A DNA stretch of 20,000 bases. Origin: Pseudogymnoascus verrucosus (Eukaryota). The notes below the pieces were generated by a model that was not told the origin of the DNA, did no database searches, and saw nothing but the letters and a program-made list of their open reading frames with translations. The DNA is taken from NCBI GenBank assembly GCA_001662655.1, contig KV460231.1; one strand, 5' to 3'. The translations under genes were made by a program, and so were the position numbers. This document shows positions 8,334 through 19,051 of this stretch, piece by piece (position 1 is the first letter of the stretch; each line of letters begins with the position of its first letter).

Positions 8334-10233
8334 ATGGCCTTCAACTTCAACTGGTCGCCGCTGACGGCAGACGCCGAGTTCTACCTGCGCGCGCAGGAGA
8401 TGCTCACCACCGCGCTCAATAAGAACCCGAAGCCTCCCATCATCGTCGATGACATCCTCGTCAGCGAGCTGAATCTGGGCTCCGTCCCGCCGGATCTGGA
8501 GATACTGGAGATAGGGGATCTTGCCGAGGACCGGTTTCGCGGTATCTTCAAGATGTGCTACTCCGGCGACGCCTTCTTGACCCTCAAAACACGGGTCCAG
8601 GTACGCTGCCTTCTGCTTGCTTCCTGCTTTCCTGCTCGCTTTTTCTCGGGATATTACATTCATGCGCATTTCGCGATTTTACTTCGCGATGACTCTTGAT
8701 GTGGATCCCGAGGATGCGCGCTCATTTCATTGTTTCATGCACCCCGCGCAGCAAACTATAACGTGAGGCTAATATATCAACAAACAGGCAAACCCGATGA
8801 ATACGTACCTATTTTCAAAACCATCGTTTACTTCGCCGCAACCTCTAGCTGCATCGTCCGGATTAACGATCCCCTTGAAAATCACCTTATCGGATATCAA
8901 ACTATCGGCCTTCATCATCCTCGTCTTCTCCCGCCAAAAAGGACTGACGTTGGTGTTCCGCAATGACCCGTTAGAATCCATCAAGGTTTCATCGACATTC
9001 GATTCCATACCGTTCGTGTGCGAGTATCTCCAGAAAGAGATCGAAATACAGCTGCGGACGTTAATGATGGAGGAACTACCCGCCATCATCCACCGATTGT
9101 CGCTACGACTGTGGTGCCCGGAATATGCTGCGAAGGAAGAGGAAGAACGTCTCGCGGAGGAGAAGCTGAAGGAGGGCGAGGTTGCGACCGACCCTCTCGC
9201 AAGCCCACCACAAGATGCCGTCGACTCGCACGGAAATGTGTTCGACTCTCGTGAGATATCATCGCTATCCCTCGAGGACGGCGTCGAAAGCCACTCGCTA
9301 TTCTCGCAAAAGAACCTCCTTCGACTGGGCGTGCTGAGCGACTCGCAACGCACCTTCTCCCTCTTCACACCCGCCATCCGCGACGCAGTCTTCCGAGCAT
9401 GGGCCGGCCCAGGCGACCGCGGCGATGGCTTCGCAATCACTCCCCCCACCCTGACACGGACCCACTCAGCCGTCTCCAACGGTGCCACAACCTACACCTT
9501 CTCCGACCACGACAACGAAGGCAGCCTCCCCCCTTCGCGCCCCTCTCTCAGCCACCTCCCCTCCGCAACAACTGGCCTCAGTCTCGGCGCCGGCCGCCAC
9601 CGCACCCATGGCCGCAAGAAGCGCCACCGCGTCGTCAACCTACGCAAGAAGGTCTTGAGCGACACCCTCAGCGAAGGCGGCGACTCCGAAACCACCACCG
9701 ACACCGACTCCTCTGTCATGGGCGGCTCCGAGCCCATCATGTCCACGCGCATCCCCGAGACACCAGACGAGGAACCCATCACCCCCCCGCACTCCCCACA
9801 AGTCCGCTTCCGCCCCCGCCTGGACAGCATCGACCTCGGCGAGACCCCGCGCCAAGTCCCAACCCGCGTCGCCGCACCCGTCCCAACCAGCACCACCCAA
9901 ACCGCCCTCACCAACGCGATGGACACCCCCCTCCCCTCCATCGAGCCCGCATCCCCCCTCTTCCCGCAACAACGCACAGCTCTCCAGCGCGCCTTCCCGC
10001 GCGAGAAGTCGCCTAGCGACTATATGCGCCGCGGCTCGCAGATGGGCAGCCTCAACAACTACTCCCCTTACCCATATGAGGGCGCCGCACAAGGCGGCAT
10101 CATCGAGCAGGCGTGGATGATGAGTATGGCAGCTGAGCTGGCGCGGCGCGCGCACCTGCGCAAGCAGGCTGATGGGAGTGAGTGGGGTAGCGAGAGGCGC
10201 GACGAGACGCCTCCGCCGGCTTATGGGGTATGA
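8334..10233 (+). CDS. MDM34: Mitochondrial distribution and morphology protein 34 (ERMES subunit, SMP domain); exons 8334-8600, 8788-10233; ~570 aa
   Basis: Diagnostic N-terminus MAFNFNW...[39 protein letters not shown]...TRVQ|ANP, followed by [18 protein letters not shown] and a C-terminal PPAY motif. Intron 8601-8787 GTACGC..GCTAAT..CAG, phase 0. Confidence 0.96.
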
Positions 10234-11017
10234 GGTGTTGACCGGCGGATGGGTTGTGTTTTGAGATTGTGAGGACTTTCTTATAGCGTTGAGCGAGTTA
10301 GCTTTGACTTTGCTCCCCATCACCACTCTTGGGTCATCGGCGTTTTTTTGTGTGTTTTAGCTAGCGATTTTTCTTTGCTAGCATTTTCAGTTTCTGTTTT
10401 TTAAGGGGCGTTTTTGGGGAATCTTGGGATAGGTCCGGGAATTGACCGGACTTCGGACTGGTATGTCTGTCTGTCTTTACAAAATTATGGGAGACCACCG
10501 GCGTGTGGCTTCTGAGGAGGAGAGGATGATGGATTGGGGTGGTGTATTTTGTGTGATATATGGGTTAGGGATTGGTGGGGTGTACAAAAGGGGAAAATTA
10601 TTGGTTATTGGTTGGTGGAGGGGACTTGGTGTATATTTTTATGGAGGATGGGATGGTAGATCAGGTGTGCTCGAAGATAGAGAAGCGGCTGGAGAGAGTG
10701 GGGAGTGATACTCTGAATGAAGACGTTGTACACTGTATTCCACGTTTGTCTCAGTATATGTGATTCCTATGCCAGTAACAAGTTCACACAAGGTCCAATA
10801 AGTACAAGTAAATCACAGCATATCCGAAGCAGAAAGTATTCCAGATGTGGTATTTCATTGTGCCTACACAACCCATACAATACACCCCACCCACCCAACG
10901 CCCATATATCTAAATATATTCAACGCCAAAGCTCCCATCCTCACTTTTCCCCCATTCCCTCCCCACTTCCCCTCCCCCTTTTCCCTTTCGCTTTTCCTTT
11001 CCCCTATCTCCCCCCCT

Positions 11018-11673
11018 CTACTGCGTCGAAAACAACGTATCCTCATCCCTCAAAAACTCCCCACAATCCGCCTGCCTAAACGCCGCAATCCCCGTCGGAT
11101 CCAACCGTCTCGCCTCCTGCGTACTCCTCGCCGTCACCCCAAAGCCCAGCGGCGTATCGTTCATGCTGTACACCACGATACCCTGGTGCTCTGGGCAGTC
11201 CTCGGACCACCGACCTACGTGCGCTTTGAGGATGTGGCCGCCGTAGAGGAAGGGCATCTCGCCGTTGGGCTTGATCCAGAGCTTGTGGCGGGCGTGGGCG
11301 GCGAGGATGGGGAGGGCGGTGATGTGGAGGCGGAATTTGAGGGTTTTGGTGAATTTGCCTGGGGGGGGGTTAGCTGGTAGCTGGGAGGTTTCTTTGCTTT
11401 CTGCGAATCTTTCTTTTTGGGGAGAGGTGGGCTGGGGTGATGCATACCGAGACAGGTGCCCAGCGACAAGAGCTGGTCGCGCGCGATGGAGGTGGCCAGG
11501 TTGGCGATGGAGAGGAGGACGTAGTAACACCGCGACTGGTGGAGGCGGAAGACGTAGCGGTCGCCGTTGGGGGAGTTGTCGAGGGGTGCGATGAGGTTCT
11601 TGAGCGAGGTGCCGGTGTAGTTTGCCAGCTTGGCGAAGAGGACCTTGGTCTCTTCTTCTGTGAGGGCGCGCAT
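11018..11673 (-). CDS. NIP7: 60S ribosome biogenesis factor Nip7 (PUA domain); exons 11673-11448, 11358-11018; 188 aa
   Basis: MRALTEEETKVLFAKLANYTG...YVFRLH...SLGTCL|GKFTKTLKFRLHITAL...KPNGEMPFLYGGHILKAHVGR...FRQADCGEFLRDEDTLF. Intron 11447-11359 GTATGC..GCTAAC..CAG. Confidence 0.97.
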
Positions 11674-12005
11674 CTTTTTGCGGCGTGTGGGGTGCGCGGC
11701 TGGGAGGTGGTGTGTATATGGACGTCGATTGAGTGCGCAAAGTATGCGTATTAATTTTCTCTGTGGTGTTGGGGAGGGTGGTGTGAAGTTTTGGAGCTCG
11801 GGTTTTGCAGATTAGAGTTTATCGCTGGGGGGATCTCTCGCGAACTTTTTTTATGCGGGGAAAGTTTTCTGCGAGGGCCGCATTATTTTCCGGGCGGAAC
11901 TGGCGACCGCAAAACACCGCCCTAGAGAAATTTCGAAATTTCGAAATCTCGAAATATCTCGACGCCCATAACCAGCAATTATTTCTCGATACCTGAGAAA
12001 TAGAG
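11674..12005. promoter_or_regulatory. Putative bidirectional promoter shared by NIP7 and NOC3, with tandem GAAATTTC palindromes at 11927-11962
   Basis: Only 332 bp separate two head-to-head ATGs of 60S-biogenesis genes. Contains the array GAAATTTC GAAATTTC GAAATCTC GAAATATCTC GA. Confidence 0.7.
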
Positions 12006-14054
12006 ATGTCGCGAGCACCGGCCGTTAAGAGGCGCAAGCTGTCGCCGCAGCCTGGCGAGAGCGAAAGTAGGGCCGAGAGAGCGGAGTTGAAGAAGAAGTC
12101 GACGAAGGCTTTCTACGACCAGGCCTCGAGCTGGGATTTGGAGCAGGATTATGAGACGAGGCCGAGGAAGGGGGGGAAGAAGGATAAGGAGAATACGAGG
12201 TTACCTATTAAAACCGCTGATGGCATGGTTCAGGAGCTTGAGGTTGCGGAGGAAGATGAGGATAGCGACCTTGCTTGGTTGAGCGAGGGCGAGTCGGAGC
12301 CAGAGGAGAAGCCGGAGAAGGAGAAGAAGCCAGAGAAGCCAATGCGACAACAGATCATGGAGGCGAAGGAGGAGCTTGCGAAGATTGCGCTGCTGCTGAA
12401 TGAGGATCCGGAGGAGAATGCTGCGGCTTTCAAGACCTTGGCTGCGATCGGGCAGTCTAAGACTACAACCATAAAAAAGCTGGCGCTTGCGACGCAGTTG
12501 GCTATTTATAAGGATATTATCCCTGGGTACAGGATACGACCGCTCAATGAGGATGATATGGAGACGAAGGTGTCGAAGGAGGTGCGGAAACTACGAGCCT
12601 ACGAGCAGGCGCTTGTGGGAGGGTATCAGGCATACATTAAAGAGCTGGCCAAGCTCGCACAGTCTGGAAAGGGAGGATGGTCTAGAGATGGCGGGCCGAG
12701 CTTGGGAAGTGTTGCTATTGCCTGCGCGTGTACGTTACTTACATCGGTGCCGCATTTCAATTTCAGAGGCGAGCTGTTGAAAATCTTGGTTGGGAAGCTG
12801 AGCACACGAAAGATTGATGCGGACTTTGTCAAGTGTCGCGAGACGATTGAGACTCTCTTCCGCGACGACGAAGATGGAACTCCTTCTCTAGATGCCACAG
12901 CCCTTCTCACAAAGATGATGAAGGCGCGTGGATACCGTGTCGACGAATCCGTCCTCAACACCTTCCTCCACCTCCGCCTCCTCACCGAGTTCTCGTGGAA
13001 AGCGAGCACGAACCACATCGACCGGCCATCCAAGGCCGAGGGCGGTTTCGATGCCGCCAATCATCTCAAGGCCAAGCGTGTCTTCCGCACCAAGAAACAG
13101 CGCAAGATCATGAAGGAGCAGAAGGTCATCGAGAAGGAAATGGTCCAGGCAGACGCCACCGTCTCGCACGAGGAGCGCGACAGGATGCAAGCCGAGACCC
13201 TCAAGCTCGTCTTCGTGACCTACTTCCGCATCCTGAAGATCCGCTCCCCGAACCTCATGGGCGCCGTGCTCGAGGGGCTGGCCAGCTACGCCCATCTCAT
13301 TAACCAGGACTTCTTCGGCGACCTCCTGGAGGCACTCAAGGACCTCGTCGGCCACGCTGAGACAGGCGATGACCTCGACATGACAAACGATGATGACACC
13401 CCAGCTGACGAGTACGACGAGGAGACAACCCGCAACCTCACCCGCGAAGCCCTCCTCTGCATCATCACCGCCTTCGCCCTCCTCGAGGGCCAAGACGCCG
13501 CCAAGGCAAAGACAACCCTCTCCCTCGACCTCTCCTTCTTCATCACCCACCTCTACCGCACCCTGCACGCCCTCTCCCTGAACCCCGACATCGAGCTCAG
13601 CTCCAAGTCGCTGCGCCTTCCCGACCCCAACGCCCCACAGCAGAGCACCAAAGACAACAAAGTCAACGTGCACACCACCACCGTGCTGCTGCTGAAGTCC
13701 CTGTCGTCGGTGCTCGTACCCAAGCTGGGCGCGCGCGCGGTGCCGCCCCTTCGCGTGGCGGCGTACACGAAGACGCTGTTCACGAGCACGCTGCACTTGC
13801 CGGAGAAATCGGCGGTGGCGATGATGGGGTTGCTGGGGAAGGTGAGCAAGACGCACGCGACGAAGGTGAGGTCGCTGTGGAATACGGAGGAGAGGAGGGG
13901 GGATGGAGTGTTTGAGGCGCTTGCCGGGGAGGTGGAGGGGAGTAATCCGTTTGCGGCTACGGTGTGGGAGGGGGAGTTGTTGAGGAAGCACTTTTGTCCG
14001 GGGGTTAGAGAGGGGGTGAAGGCCGTGGAGAAGGAGGTTGTGGGGAGTAAGTGA
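12006..14054 (+). CDS. NOC3: Nucleolar complex protein 3 (Noc3p + CBF/Mak21 domain), intronless, 682 aa
   Basis: Motifs RLPIKT, EDPEEN, YKDIIPGYRIRPL, HFNFR, LKLVFVTYFRILK, VLEGLASYAHLINQDFFGDLLEALK, PPLRVAAYTK and WEGELLRKHFCP. N-terminal NLS-like KRRKL. Confidence 0.95.
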   Translation: MSRAPAVKRRKLSPQPGESESRAERAELKKKSTKAFYDQASSWDLEQDYETRPRKGGKKDKENTRLPIKTADGMVQELEVAEEDEDSDLAWLSEGESEPEEKPEKEKKPEKPMRQQIMEAKEELAKIALLLNEDPEENAAAFKTLAAIGQSKTTTIKKLALATQLAIYKDIIPGYRIRPLNEDDMETKVSKEVRKLRAYEQALVGGYQAYIKELAKLAQSGKGGWSRDGGPSLGSVAIACACTLLTSVPHFNFRGELLKILVGKLSTRKIDADFVKCRETIETLFRDDEDGTPSLDATALLTKMMKARGYRVDESVLNTFLHLRLLTEFSWKASTNHIDRPSKAEGGFDAANHLKAKRVFRTKKQRKIMKEQKVIEKEMVQADATVSHEERDRMQAETLKLVFVTYFRILKIRSPNLMGAVLEGLASYAHLINQDFFGDLLEALKDLVGHAETGDDLDMTNDDDTPADEYDEETTRNLTREALLCIITAFALLEGQDAAKAKTTLSLDLSFFITHLYRTLHALSLNPDIELSSKSLRLPDPNAPQQSTKDNKVNVHTTTVLLLKSLSSVLVPKLGARAVPPLRVAAYTKTLFTSTLHLPEKSAVAMMGLLGKVSKTHATKVRSLWNTEERRGDGVFEALAGEVEGSNPFAATVWEGELLRKHFCPGVREGVKAVEKEVVGSK

Positions 14055-14874
14055 TGGGTTGGGGTTGTGGTGAGGAGTGGGGGGATGGGTTAGTAAAAAT
14101 ATGATATCTAGTTGGGAAAACCAACGCAACTTGCCCTATATTTCAGCTTCAAATGTGTGAGACGCCAGGTCTATTTGCGAGATCTTGTCAAGAGGAGCAG
14201 CGAAAGCAGTGATACGAGGTTGTGACTTTGAGGGGCTCGGGAGTGCGCGTATGATCTTGGCCGGTTCTAGGCCTTCCTCGGCGGGCATTCCTGGGAGCGG
14301 CCCCTTTTCGGGGGATTACGCACTCACGAGTGAATATTAAGAGAGAATAACACGTGAGTAGAGTAACTGAAGGCCTTCTCTGTACATAACGATATATATA
14401 TTCTGCTGTGGCTATATAGACCGGGAATGCTGAACCTGCAGGTTCGGGGAAGGGCAATGAAAGCTTTGAGTGAATCAAATAGATGAAAAACAAAAATGGT
14501 GACTAGGGAGTCGTGACGTACAGTATTTTCATCTCCCCGCAAGCCATATCTTCAGGAGTTGGGTGGTAGATTAATATACTCTGAAAAGACTATTTCACAT
14601 ACTATTCCCCTCCCCTTCTATTGGATATTTTAAAAGGGTCCACCGTGGTGAATATCTCGAACAAAGAGTTTGCTGGGGGGTTGGCAGTTTTCACCCTGCT
14701 GCAGGTGTTGGTACAGTCTTCCTCGCTAAAGCCTTCTCAGCGTTGGAGCTCCTGGTGTCGCACCCCCTTCTTCCACGCCGCCAACCCCAACGCGTTCTAC
14801 CTCCCCGACCACGCATCTGTACGATTACTGGACTGGCTGTGAATAGTTCTAAGTATTAACCCATCCACCCAGCC

Positions 14875-17800
14875 ATGCTGCCCTCGACTAACACCCGTGC
14901 AGACGTTGCGAAAACACGGCGGCGAGCCAAGCCAGGGGCGACAAGCGATGCGACGATGAGTACGAATCCCCGACACACGCGAACGGCCGCGACCAACGGA
15001 CCCGACGGCGACCGCACCACGCGGGCAACCTCAACAGAGAAATCGCGCGCGGGGAAAACGTTCCTCGATAACTGGGTCGAGCCATCGCTGCCACCGCCCG
15101 CGCCCAGCTTCACGGATCACCCGCACCTGAGCATCGAGCGCTACGGCGTGCTGGAGAACATGGCGCCCCTGGGCACGATGCCTACGGCGAAGGCGAAGAA
15201 GATAGGCAAGGACACGCCGCGGAGGGGTGTCAAGGCGGATGAGTCGGAGGTGGAGGCGTCTACGTCGCGCGAGCTGGTGACGCCAGAGCCCCAGATCAAT
15301 ATCATCAGGAAGCGATCGCAGTCCGGGAAGGCGGACGATGAGGAATGGAACCCGCGTACGCCCAGCGCGCAGGCTAGGAAGAGCGCGACAAAGACCAAGC
15401 AGAGTGCTGAGGCAGGAGCGGCGATGTCGCAGTCGCCGCATCGCAGCAAGGAAGAGAGGGATATGTTCATTACAGACAGGGCTGTGCAGTTTGCGGTCGA
15501 GGATGCCATATTGGACTACAGGTGGCCTACAGCATACGCATTACGGACTATGTACAATGATCACAGGATCAACCCGCGCATCCGCCGACTGTTTATGCTT
15601 ATCTTCACCGACCAGGCTACAGAGGAGGAGAAGACCGAGTTCCAGTGTCTGATGACCTACAAGAAGAAAGAAGGCGCGAAGGACAACAAGGCCCAGCGCT
15701 ACTTTGACGAGCACGACAATCTTTATTCGCCAGTGAACCTGTTCCAGAAGTCCTGGAGTTTCAGTGGTGCCTCAAAGAGGGCTTCTACAGAAGTGGCAAA
15801 TCGTGCATCAGCGTCCCCCCACAAAGATACGTCTCACGTAAGTAAAAAGGCAAAAGTCGCCCACGCCCAGCAGACCGCCAGCCACACCATGCCTCACATT
15901 CATCTTAATTTGAGCGGCATCAGCAGTGCCAGTGGCAAGCCGGCCGAAACGAATGGAACATCCAAGGGCAAGCCGACAAGGCAAGCCCAAAATGGTGCCA
16001 CTACAGTTTCTGTTGCGACACGGAGCAGGTCAGTGTCGAGCAGCTCATCGCTATCATCACTTGATGAAGCCGTGCTCGAAAGTGAAATGGCCGATATTTC
16101 GGATGAGGCGGCCCAAGGCGAGGAAATTAGTGAGACGAGCCACGGCACCAAAACGCTGAGGGCGCGGGAGGAACCCGGTCGTTCTGCCGAAAAGACGGCG
16201 CGCAATCAAAAGGCCAAGCAACCAATTACACGACATTCAGCGCACGCCCCAAGGCCAAACCCGCACACCTTCACTGCTGTCAACACTAAACCTCCTGCTG
16301 CATCAACACCATCATCACCTCCTGCTCTCTTCCCTAATTTATTGACCAACGCCAACACTCGCAACGGCACTGGCGACAACGTGATGCGCCCGTACCTCGA
16401 CGAGAACTACGCTCTACCCCAATCTCTCTCGCTACCACCGCAAAATCTCGTGCGCTCTCACAAGAAGGGCGCCGCTGCTGCGCTCCGCCGCGTCACGACA
16501 CCTCGTGACGAGGAAATTATTCGTCGCAAAAAGGAAGCCAAGGGCAGGACTGACGGCGCCATTTCCACGCGCCAGAGCTTCGTGCGGACGCCGGTGCAGG
16601 GGCCTGATTTGGGGTCAGGCAGCGAGGCTGGTGATGGGGGCGCGGCGGGGGTGTCGCAGCCTACCACGCGGCAGGTGTTACGTTTTAGGCGGCGGAATCG
16701 CGACGATGAGTCCGATAACCACAGCTCGCCGACGAGACTGTCGTTTCAACCTGACCTGGCGCCAGGATCTACGAGGAATTCAAGGGCGAATACGCCTATT
16801 GCGGGTGCAAGACCTACGCGGAAAGCAAAGAGTTCAGGAGCACGGATGAAGTCATCGTAAGTCACCAGGTTTACTTGTCTCATCAACCTTCCATTCCTCC
16901 ATCGCATTATCATCCCCTTTACGCTATGTTGCTATGCATTTGGTATATTGGGAGCTGTGGGAGGGTTTTTTCCCTTATTTTAGCCGGGTTTTCTTACCTG
17001 TTGGGCGGAGTTTGCTTGGGTACTGCTGTTCCGCTAGGCGGCTTCCCAATGTCGTCGTCGCCCCAACAGCAGTACCCGCCGGTCATGGGCGACATTGCCG
17101 CTCATTGGCCGGTCAAGACTCGGCGGTCCTTCGCGGAACTGCATAGGTCGTTTACCTTTTGAAATGCTTCGCCCACGCGTTTCTTAATTCCCCTTACTCC
17201 CTTCTCTCTCTTTCTGGTGATCAAAGGCTACGCACAAAGGAGAATTATTCCATCATTGCATTGCACAGAATACTACACATACATTGATTGCATCTCTCTT
17301 TCTTCTATACAGGCTTACAACTTGTTCTCCTTTTGCTGCAAGCTTTCAACATTCACAATGCCGGCCAAGAAGAAGCAGAAACTAACCAAACCTAGACCAA
17401 AAAAGAACCCCCAAGGAACTTCCGCTGGTATCCCAAGAGCCAGTGGGCAAAGAGACAGTCCTGTATCAGGCGGACCAGGAGTCAACTTTGTAAGTTTAAG
17501 AGCTATGATACCCTCCCTTGCTGTGTCGATCATGTCACTCGCTCCGTGTGATGCCAGTGTCTTCCTGCAGGCTTGGTTTCACCTTGCTGCACACCTGCAC
17601 ATACTCCAAGCCCTTATCTTCCCACACCAAAGGCCACCAATATAGATAAAAGAATCCCAAGCTAACATCAACCAGGATGAAAACGATGAATACTGCTCAG
17701 CATGCGGAGGCAACGGCGACCTCGTCTGCTGCGATGGCTGCACCAGAGCATTCCATCTAATCTGCGTCGACCCTCCGATGGAGAGTGTAAGCCAGTTACC

Positions 17801-19051
17801 ACCAGACTGGTACTGCGTCACCTGCGGTTCCCTCCGCACCGGCCCAGGCGCCACCCACCGTCGCCGCGGCTTATTCGGTGAACTCACCATGCTTGTCGAG
17901 AAGCGCAACCCCTCCGCCTTCCACCTCCCCTTCTCAATCAGAGACTGGTTCGAAGGTGTCCGCACCGGACCAGAGGGCGAGTATGAAGAGGGTAATCCTC
18001 CTAAGAAGTGAGTCTTACCCCCCTTCCTCCCTTCCCCTCCGATCTGACCCGAACTAAACTGACCCCCCCCACAGAAAGCAAGAAGAAGCCATCGACTTCC
18101 TCCGCCTCAAAGACGCAAAGGGTAACCCCGTAATCTGCAACTCCTGCTCCCGCGGCTCCGGCGGCACCCTCCCCATCATCCCCTGCAGCTTCTGCGGTCT
18201 GCACTGGCACCTCGACTGCCTTGACCCCCCCCTCGCCAACCCGCCCACCATCACCTCAACCCGTCCCTGGAAGTGCCCTTGCCACATCGACGACCTCCTC
18301 GATATCGTGCCTGGTGCTCTTGGCCCCGCTCACCGCTTCCGTCGCGTGAAGGGCAGATCGGCGATCAAACCCGCGCTGAAGAGGGGGATTAGGAATGATG
18401 GACATGTCGAGGTTGAGGTGGCGGAGAGTGATGATGAGGAGAGGGAGTTTTTTGAGGATAAGGAGTATGGGAGGGTGTATATGTTGCCGGAGAAGGGGAT
18501 TATTCTCGATTTCATCTCTCGGTATGTCTTTTATTTCCTTTCCTTTTCCGCTGCTGTTTTTTCCCCCTAAGAACTACAAACTAACACACCCAAGCGTCCA
18601 CACAAAACGCCGCACCGAAACCGCACTCACAGACCCCTACGCCGTTCCACCCCCCCCACCCACCACCACCACCGCACCACCACCCCTGACACCCCGCAAC
18701 ATAGCCGACCAACAAGCAGCGCTCAACCTTGCCCAACTAGCCACGCAATCAGGCCACCCACCTTCCGATAGCACGAACCAGCTCATCACGGCGCTGCTGG
18801 CCGAAGCGGCGCCGGCGGTTATTGATCTGGTCGCGAGGGGGGATACGACGGATGTTACGGGGAGGGTGTTGGCGAAGATGGATGTGCAGGCGTTGAGGGC
18901 GGTGAGGGGGTTGATTGATGGGGTGTTAGCTGGGAGGGAGGAAGGGGGGAAGAGGAAAAGGGAGGATGAGGGGGGGGATGGTGGGAAAGTAGAGGAAGGG
19001 GAGGGGAAAGTAGAGGAGGGGGAGAAGATGTCGGTTGAGGTTGAGAAGTGA
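14875..19051 (+). CDS. Double PHD-finger chromatin protein, Rco1/Cph1-Cph2/PHF12-like (probable Rpd3S subunit); exons 14875-16856, 17396-17489, 17676-18007, 18075-18521, 18595-19051; ~1103 aa
   Basis: PHD1: ENDEYCSACGGNGDLVCCDGCTRAFHLICVDPP..WYCVTC, then NPSAFHLP..IRDWFEGVRTG..GEY. PHD2: CNSC...IIPCSFCGLHWHLDCLDPP...WKCPCH, then YMLPEKGIILDFI. All four introns have GTRNGT donors, CTAAC/CTGAC branch points and frame-preserving phases (2,0,2,2); the last uses a rarer AAG acceptor. The long N-terminal exon is low-complexity and its start is less certain. Confidence 0.85.
18983..19024 (+). repeat. 21-bp tandem duplication in the PHD gene's last exon (GKVEEGE x2)
   Basis: GGGAAAGTAGAGGAAGGGGAG / GGGAAAGTAGAGGAGGGGGAG, 1 mismatch. 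Confidence 0.85.

Noticed and set aside
7703..8364. ORFs of 98-201 aa upstream of MDM34
   Set aside because: Low-complexity F/L/S-rich translations of a CT-rich promoter/5' UTR with no recognisable domain; a small gene or uORF cannot be fully excluded.
8601..8787. Possible intronic C/D snoRNA in the MDM34 intron (GCGATGA)
   Set aside because: Imperfect C box, no CTGA D box and no terminal stem seen.
12888..14129. 413-aa antisense ORF opposite NOC3
   Set aside because: Codon-aligned antisense shadow with a non-ATG start; no motif support.
14875..16860. Standalone 661-aa gene
   Set aside because: The stop codon is inside a perfect GTAAGT donor whose phase matches the next exon, so it is best read as exon 1 of the PHD gene.
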